A DNA stretch of 64,000 nt from Vulcanimicrobiota bacterium (GTDB taxonomy: Bacteria; Vulcanimicrobiota; Vulcanimicrobiia; Vulcanimicrobiales; Vulcanimicrobiaceae). The notes beneath the pieces are model-generated. The model was not told where the DNA came from, did not search any database, and saw only the letters and a list, made by a program, of their open reading frames with translations. This document shows, in pieces, positions 59,700 to 64,000 of the stretch (positions are counted from its first letter, which is position 1; the number at the start of each line of letters is the position of its first letter). Location: positions 640,001 through 704,000 of the forward strand of contig CAVTCS010000003.1 of the NCBI GenBank assembly GCA_963733295.1, given 5' to 3'. Made by a program: the position numbers and the translations under genes.

Positions 59700-61274
59700 A
59701 TGTCTCAGGTAAGAAACGACACCAACTACTACGAGCTCCTGGGCGTCTCTCCGACCGCTACGACCGCCGAAATCCACGCTGCCTATCGAGCCTTAGCCGT
59801 CCGGTTCCATCCCGACGTAAATACCGTCGAGAACGCCGAGCATCTCACGATGATGCTGAACCAAGCGTGGGAAACGCTGAAAAACGCAGAGCTCCGCAAA
59901 GCGTACGACGCCACGCTGCCGGTTTCGACCGAAGAGCCGGCCGAAAAAGAACCCGGCGACGTGCTCAAGCTACCGCAATGCGTGCGCTGCGGCGTCGAAA
60001 GTCCGTCGCTGTCGATCGTTGCGTTCACGTGGGTCGTCTCGTTTGTGGTTCTTTCGTTCCGGCGGCCGATCGAGGGCATCATGTGCGATCCGTGCCGGAG
60101 CAAGGCCGCCGGACGAAGCGCGCTGTTGACGGTTCTCCTAGGCTGGTGGGGTCTGCCGCTCGGCCCCATCTTTTGTTTCCAATCACTCTACCTGGTTGCA
60201 ATCGGCGGCTGGCGAGATTGGGCCGCGAACTCAGCGTTGAAGAGGCGGATGGCCATTGCCTACCGGCAGCGCGGTGAGTTAAACGAAGCCTTAACCTGCA
60301 TGGAAGGCGCGGCTTACTTTGCTCAAGACATCGATGAGGGGCTAGCTGACGACCTTCGGCAGCTGCACGCGCAAGGCGCAAAGCGGCTTCCAACGCGCCG
60401 GATTCTGCCTGGCCAATTTGCTGCCGGTGTCTACAACGGGATGTTTTTTCTCAGCATGGCGCTCGTCGTCGCAGCCATCTCCCAATATACGACAACTCCC
60501 ACCATCTTGCAGCGCTGTCAACAACTCAACGACGGCTTGCATTTTCGTGAGGCATTGCCTGTCTGCGATCAAGCCGTTCGAGAAGCACCGCTGCCGGCCG
60601 CGTTTTTACAGCGCGGTGTCGCGCGCGTCTTCCTGGGCGACTACGTCGGCGCGACGTCCGATCTCTCGCTTGCAATTCCTTCGGATCCCACCAACGCCTA
60701 CGCGTTGACCTTGCGCTGCCGGGCGTATGACGAGACCGGAAAGCCGACCCTCGCGCTCAATGACTGCGATGCGGCGCTTTTGACCGATGCTTCGAACGTT
60801 CAGGCCCTGGCTTGGCGGTGCCTCGCGCGCGCTCGTCTCAAAGACGTCGACGGCGCGTTACAAGATTGCGATAGAGCGATCGCGCTCGCGCCAAACAATG
60901 CGACGGCTTTCGCAAACCGGTGTGCCGCCTATACCGAAGGGCGCGACTACAAGAAGGCCCTCGATGATTGCAATCAGGCGATAGCGCTAAAGCCGCTCGA
61001 TCCGGCCGCCTTCCAGCATCGTTGTTTCGCGTACTTGGGCCTTCACGATAGCCGAGCCGCCGAGGCCGATTGTGACAGAGCCATCGCGCTTGACGGCAAC
61101 CTCCCGTACGCGTATTGGGGCCGCGGCATCGCACGCACGTCGCGACACGACCCCCGCGGCGCGGCCGACATGAGGCTGGCGCGCGAGCTCTTCCTGAAAC
61201 AAGGCGACACGAAGACCGCGGATAAGCTGAAGGGAACGTCGCCAAAGAAGAAAGCCGTCACGCACCGTCCGTAG
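59700..61274 (+). CDS. DnaJ-domain/Zn-finger/TM/TPR protein
   Basis: NYYELLGV..FHPD J-domain; CVRC..CDPC; LLGWWG TM hairpin; Cys-containing TPRs. Confidence 0.85.
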   Translation: MSQVRNDTNYYELLGVSPTATTAEIHAAYRALAVRFHPDVNTVENAEHLTMMLNQAWETLKNAELRKAYDATLPVSTEEPAEKEPGDVLKLPQCVRCGVESPSLSIVAFTWVVSFVVLSFRRPIEGIMCDPCRSKAAGRSALLTVLLGWWGLPLGPIFCFQSLYLVAIGGWRDWAANSALKRRMAIAYRQRGELNEALTCMEGAAYFAQDIDEGLADDLRQLHAQGAKRLPTRRILPGQFAAGVYNGMFFLSMALVVAAISQYTTTPTILQRCQQLNDGLHFREALPVCDQAVREAPLPAAFLQRGVARVFLGDYVGATSDLSLAIPSDPTNAYALTLRCRAYDETGKPTLALNDCDAALLTDASNVQALAWRCLARARLKDVDGALQDCDRAIALAPNNATAFANRCAAYTEGRDYKKALDDCNQAIALKPLDPAAFQHRCFAYLGLHDSRAAEADCDRAIALDGNLPYAYWGRGIARTSRHDPRGAADMRLARELFLKQGDTKTADKLKGTSPKKKAVTHRP

Positions 61275-61283
61275 ATAAAACCG

Positions 61284-61709
61284 ATGTCTCTCTTTTTCCG
61301 GATCACGTACATGATTGTTTCGGCCGTCGCGATGGTCGCACTGTTCAGCGTGATCCGCGCCGGATCGGCTCGTCGTGCCGTGGCTCGCCCTGAAGAAGCG
61401 CATCAACTGGCGCTACGGCTCTATCTCATTCAACTCGTCGTGCCTCTCGGTGCACTCCTGCTCTTGTGGACCGTCATCGTGCACGTTCACCGGGCATCTC
61501 CGCTCACGCTGGTCGCCGCCGTGGGCTACTCGCTCTTCTTTGGCGGCTACGCCCTCGCCGCATTGATCGGCGTCGTACGTCTGCGTTCCGGCGACCCCCT
61601 CCGCGCGCACCGAGCCGTCCACCGCGAACGTCTTGCCGCGATGTCCCCTGAAGCCCAGCGCGCCGAGGCCGCTGAAGAAGAACGTCTTCGCTCCGGCCGC
61701 GATCCGTGA
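61284..61709 (+). CDS. Three-TM membrane protein
   Basis: Three hydrophobic helices and a charged tail. Confidence 0.6.
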   Translation: MSLFFRITYMIVSAVAMVALFSVIRAGSARRAVARPEEAHQLALRLYLIQLVVPLGALLLLWTVIVHVHRASPLTLVAAVGYSLFFGGYALAALIGVVRLRSGDPLRAHRAVHRERLAAMSPEAQRAEAAEEERLRSGRDP

Positions 61710-61765
61710 AAACCCGAGGCGCAGCCCCAAATGAGTTCGAGGCGCTCGCTCGAAATCGTCCAGCG

Positions 61766-62047
61766 ATGCCGACGGTCGGTAGTATCGAGCTGAAGATCGC
61801 CCGAGTTGAGGGCTTCCTCGTTCGAGTCAAGTACCTCGACGGCGTGGACGTGCGTTCCGATCGGGAACAGATGCCGCCGTATCCGTACGAGCGTGCGGCG
61901 AAGGATTCGTGGACCGTCCGGCAATGGACGAGGGAGCGTTTCCAGCGTATCTATCCCGGCTTTGACGTGGACGTCCTGAACGGTCGACGAGCTGCGGTGC
62001 GAGGTCAGACTCGGCTCGAAACGCTGAGAGACACGTACGCACACTGA
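61766..62047 (+). CDS. Small hypothetical protein with internal repeat
   Basis: 93-aa ORF in the co-oriented run; two similar halves. Confidence 0.65.
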   Translation: MPTVGSIELKIARVEGFLVRVKYLDGVDVRSDREQMPPYPYERAAKDSWTVRQWTRERFQRIYPGFDVDVLNGRRAAVRGQTRLETLRDTYAH

Positions 62048-62054
62048 CTGGAGG

Positions 62055-63200
62055 GTGACGATGTACCGGCCGCTACTTGCTCTCGTTTTGTCCGGCAACT
62101 TACTGCTCTTGCCGGCCGCGGCAACAGCGGCACCCGAGCGTCCGCCCGCGCAAAGCGAAATGCCGGCGCCGAGGGGCCTCGCCGTCGTCCTCGTGGACGT
62201 TCCACAAAGCCCGCTCGATTTGCGAGCGTTGAACAATGAGTCCATGAGCGGCGCCGCGCTTCAGATCCATTGGAGCGAGATCGAGCCGGCCGAAGGCAAG
62301 CCGGACTGGTCGAAACTGGACGCGCTGTTCGGCGCTGCTGAAAAATCCCAGAAGTGGGTACAGCTGCTCATCTTCCCGGGCTTTTTCACGCCGGCTTGGG
62401 CGCTGAAAGGCGTCCAGACGGAAACGTTTCCGCTTCAATATGGTCCGGGCCACGGATCGCTCGAGAAGCTTCCGGCGCCCTGGGACACGGTGTATCTCAA
62501 CCGTTGGTTCGCGTTCTTGAGTTTACTGAGCGAGAGGTACGGAAAGTCGCCGGCTTTCAGGATGGTCGCAGCGGTCGGACCGACCTCAGTTTCGGCGGAG
62601 TGCACGTTGCCGAACACGCCGCAAGATCTTAGGAAGTGGCAAACTCTCGGGTATACGACGGCCAAATATATTGGGGCGTGGCAGAAAGTCTTCCAAACGT
62701 ATTCTGCCGATTTCCCTAACCAGTACGTCTCGCTCTCGGCGGGCGCCGGTCAAGTTGGTATCAACGACGCGGGCAAAATCGAGAAGGGCGGTCAGGCGCG
62801 CACGCGACAAACCATCGTCAACGACGCAATAGACACCTTGGGGAAGCGATTCGTCCTCCAGTCGAGCAACGTCCACGCCGGCCCGGGTCCTCACGAGGCG
62901 AATTCGGAGGCTGATGATAAATTCGTCATCGACTATAGCGGACGGATTATCACGGGCCTTCAAATGCGCAGCGCTGCCGAAAACAGCAGCGGAGTGATGG
63001 GCGCCATGGGCGATCCCGCGCTGGCCCTGCAAAAATCGATCGATCTCGCCCTGCAGCCGAACGCCGCCGGTCAGCACGTCGATTATCTAGAAATTTACGA
63101 ACTCGATGTGCTTGCCGAAGGAACGCAACCCGTACTGCGCACCGCGGCGGCGCGGTTCGGGTCCCCGCGACCCGTTCCGCGCGGCACTCCGATGCGGTGA
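62055..63200 (+). CDS. Secreted TIM-barrel glycoside hydrolase-like protein (GH42/GH-A-like)
   Basis: Signal peptide; W..IEP.EG..DW..LD, TPAW, P.PWD, YLEIY. Confidence 0.68.
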   Translation: MTMYRPLLALVLSGNLLLLPAAATAAPERPPAQSEMPAPRGLAVVLVDVPQSPLDLRALNNESMSGAALQIHWSEIEPAEGKPDWSKLDALFGAAEKSQKWVQLLIFPGFFTPAWALKGVQTETFPLQYGPGHGSLEKLPAPWDTVYLNRWFAFLSLLSERYGKSPAFRMVAAVGPTSVSAECTLPNTPQDLRKWQTLGYTTAKYIGAWQKVFQTYSADFPNQYVSLSAGAGQVGINDAGKIEKGGQARTRQTIVNDAIDTLGKRFVLQSSNVHAGPGPHEANSEADDKFVIDYSGRIITGLQMRSAAENSSGVMGAMGDPALALQKSIDLALQPNAAGQHVDYLEIYELDVLAEGTQPVLRTAAARFGSPRPVPRGTPMR

Positions 63201-63201
63201 G

Positions 63202-64000
63202 CTAAGGCATCGCCTTCGCGAGGTCGCCGGCTTTTCTGTACACGAGATCCCGGATCTCCCGGACTCGCTCGAGGGGCAGTCCCTTGGGATCGGGTAAGCC
63301 CCAATCCGCGTCGATTCGCGGAATGCCCTCGACATCGCATCCCATCGTGATGATGCGGTCTGCTTTCGCGAGCACCGCCGGGTCAAGGAGTTTCGGGCGC
63401 GCCGCCGAGATGTCGATTCCAACCTCGGCCATCACCGCAACCACGCCCGGATCGGGACGGTCGGCGGCCAACGTTCCGGCCGACGCGACGTCCACGTCGT
63501 TGCCGGCCATGCGGCGCAAGAACGCCTCCGCCATCTGGCTGCGACCGGTGTTGTGTTTGCAAACGAAAAGGATGAAGGGCTTCAAAATCTTTTCCATCGC
63601 GACGACGTCGATAAAGCGGCCGTCGAGCCGGCCTTGTTCGGCAAATGTGCCGACCTTGCGGTATCCCATCTTCAGATAAAGGCGCCGACCCGCTTCGTTC
63701 TGCGCGAGTGCGAAGAGCACGATCTTGTGAAACTCATTCCGCTTGGCGTAACGTTCGAGCGACTGCAAGAGGGCCGATCCGACGCCGCTCCCTCGCGCTC
63801 GTCTTTCCACATAAACGGAGAGATCGGCAACGCCGCGATACGCGCAGCGATGCGAGTAGGGGTTGAGTGACGCCCACCCGACGACGCGATTGTCGCGCTC
63901 TGCAACGAGCACGCTATAGCGGTCGCCGTGCGCGCGATACCATTCACGGATCGTATCCTCGGTTTGCGCGACTTCGTCGAGCGTGGCGATTCGATCTTCG
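63202..64000 (-). CDS. ArsN1-like GNAT N-acetyltransferase fused to ArsC/LMW-PTP domain (5' end beyond window)
   Basis: EDRIATL, WASLNPYSHRCAY.GVADLSVYV, RGSGVG; then LFVCKHNTGRSQMAE, ITMGC, DWGLPDP in one frame. Confidence 0.87.
   Translation of the reverse strand, partial: EDRIATLDEVAQTEDTIREWYRAHGDRYSVLVAERDNRVVGWASLNPYSHRCAYRGVADLSVYVERRARGSGVGSALLQSLERYAKRNEFHKIVLFALAQNEAGRRLYLKMGYRKVGTFAEQGRLDGRFIDVVAMEKILKPFILFVCKHNTGRSQMAEAFLRRMAGNDVDVASAGTLAADRPDPGVVAVMAEVGIDISAARPKLLDPAVLAKADRIITMGCDVEGIPRIDADWGLPDPKGLPLERVREIRDLVYRKAGDLAKAMP

Overview
GC-rich bacterial chromosomal window. Gene style suggests a soil Terrabacteria lineage such as Ca. Eremiobacterota/Vulcanimicrobiota, but this is a tentative inference. 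Many apparent single-base insertions break even essential genes such as infB, so most frameshifts are treated as long-read errors. Contents in order: (1) nusA-ylxR-infB-rbfA-nrnA-truB-ribF-tlpA, with a hairpin-tiled 240-nt infB-rbfA spacer. (2) An unusual Zn-finger/transmembrane Clp ATPase and a ferredoxin. (3) A methyltransferase/FAD-oxidoreductase/SRPBCC/ketosynthase/ABC/AttH-like operon and an M3 peptidase. (4) A small insert with a split CapRel/PhRel-like toxSAS toxin-antitoxin pair. (5) SDR, NifU-like, prenyltransferase, IclR and a lipoprotein. (6) A polyphosphate/Pho locus (ppx, CHAD, phoPR-like, two pstS, pstCAB-B) with 11-bp-periodic TTAA boxes. (7) tdh-kbl. (8) An approximately 20-kb accessory island (38.7-58.6 kb) in which four paralogous secreted fibre-like proteins are interleaved with an amino-sugar/GtrB/GT-C glycosylation locus. 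These paralogs have constant ends, a variable Gly-rich core and a phage-tail-type C-terminal domain. They also show a tandem duplication, mosaicism, a conserved structured leader, and an 18-nt 3'-UTR element of one paralog that is antisense to the ribosome-binding site/start codon of others. (9) A DsrE-like protein, a J-domain/TPR membrane protein, a small ubiquitin-reminiscent protein, a secreted glycoside-hydrolase-like protein and an ArsN1-ArsC fusion. No rRNA, tRNA, CRISPR array or intact mobile element was recognised.
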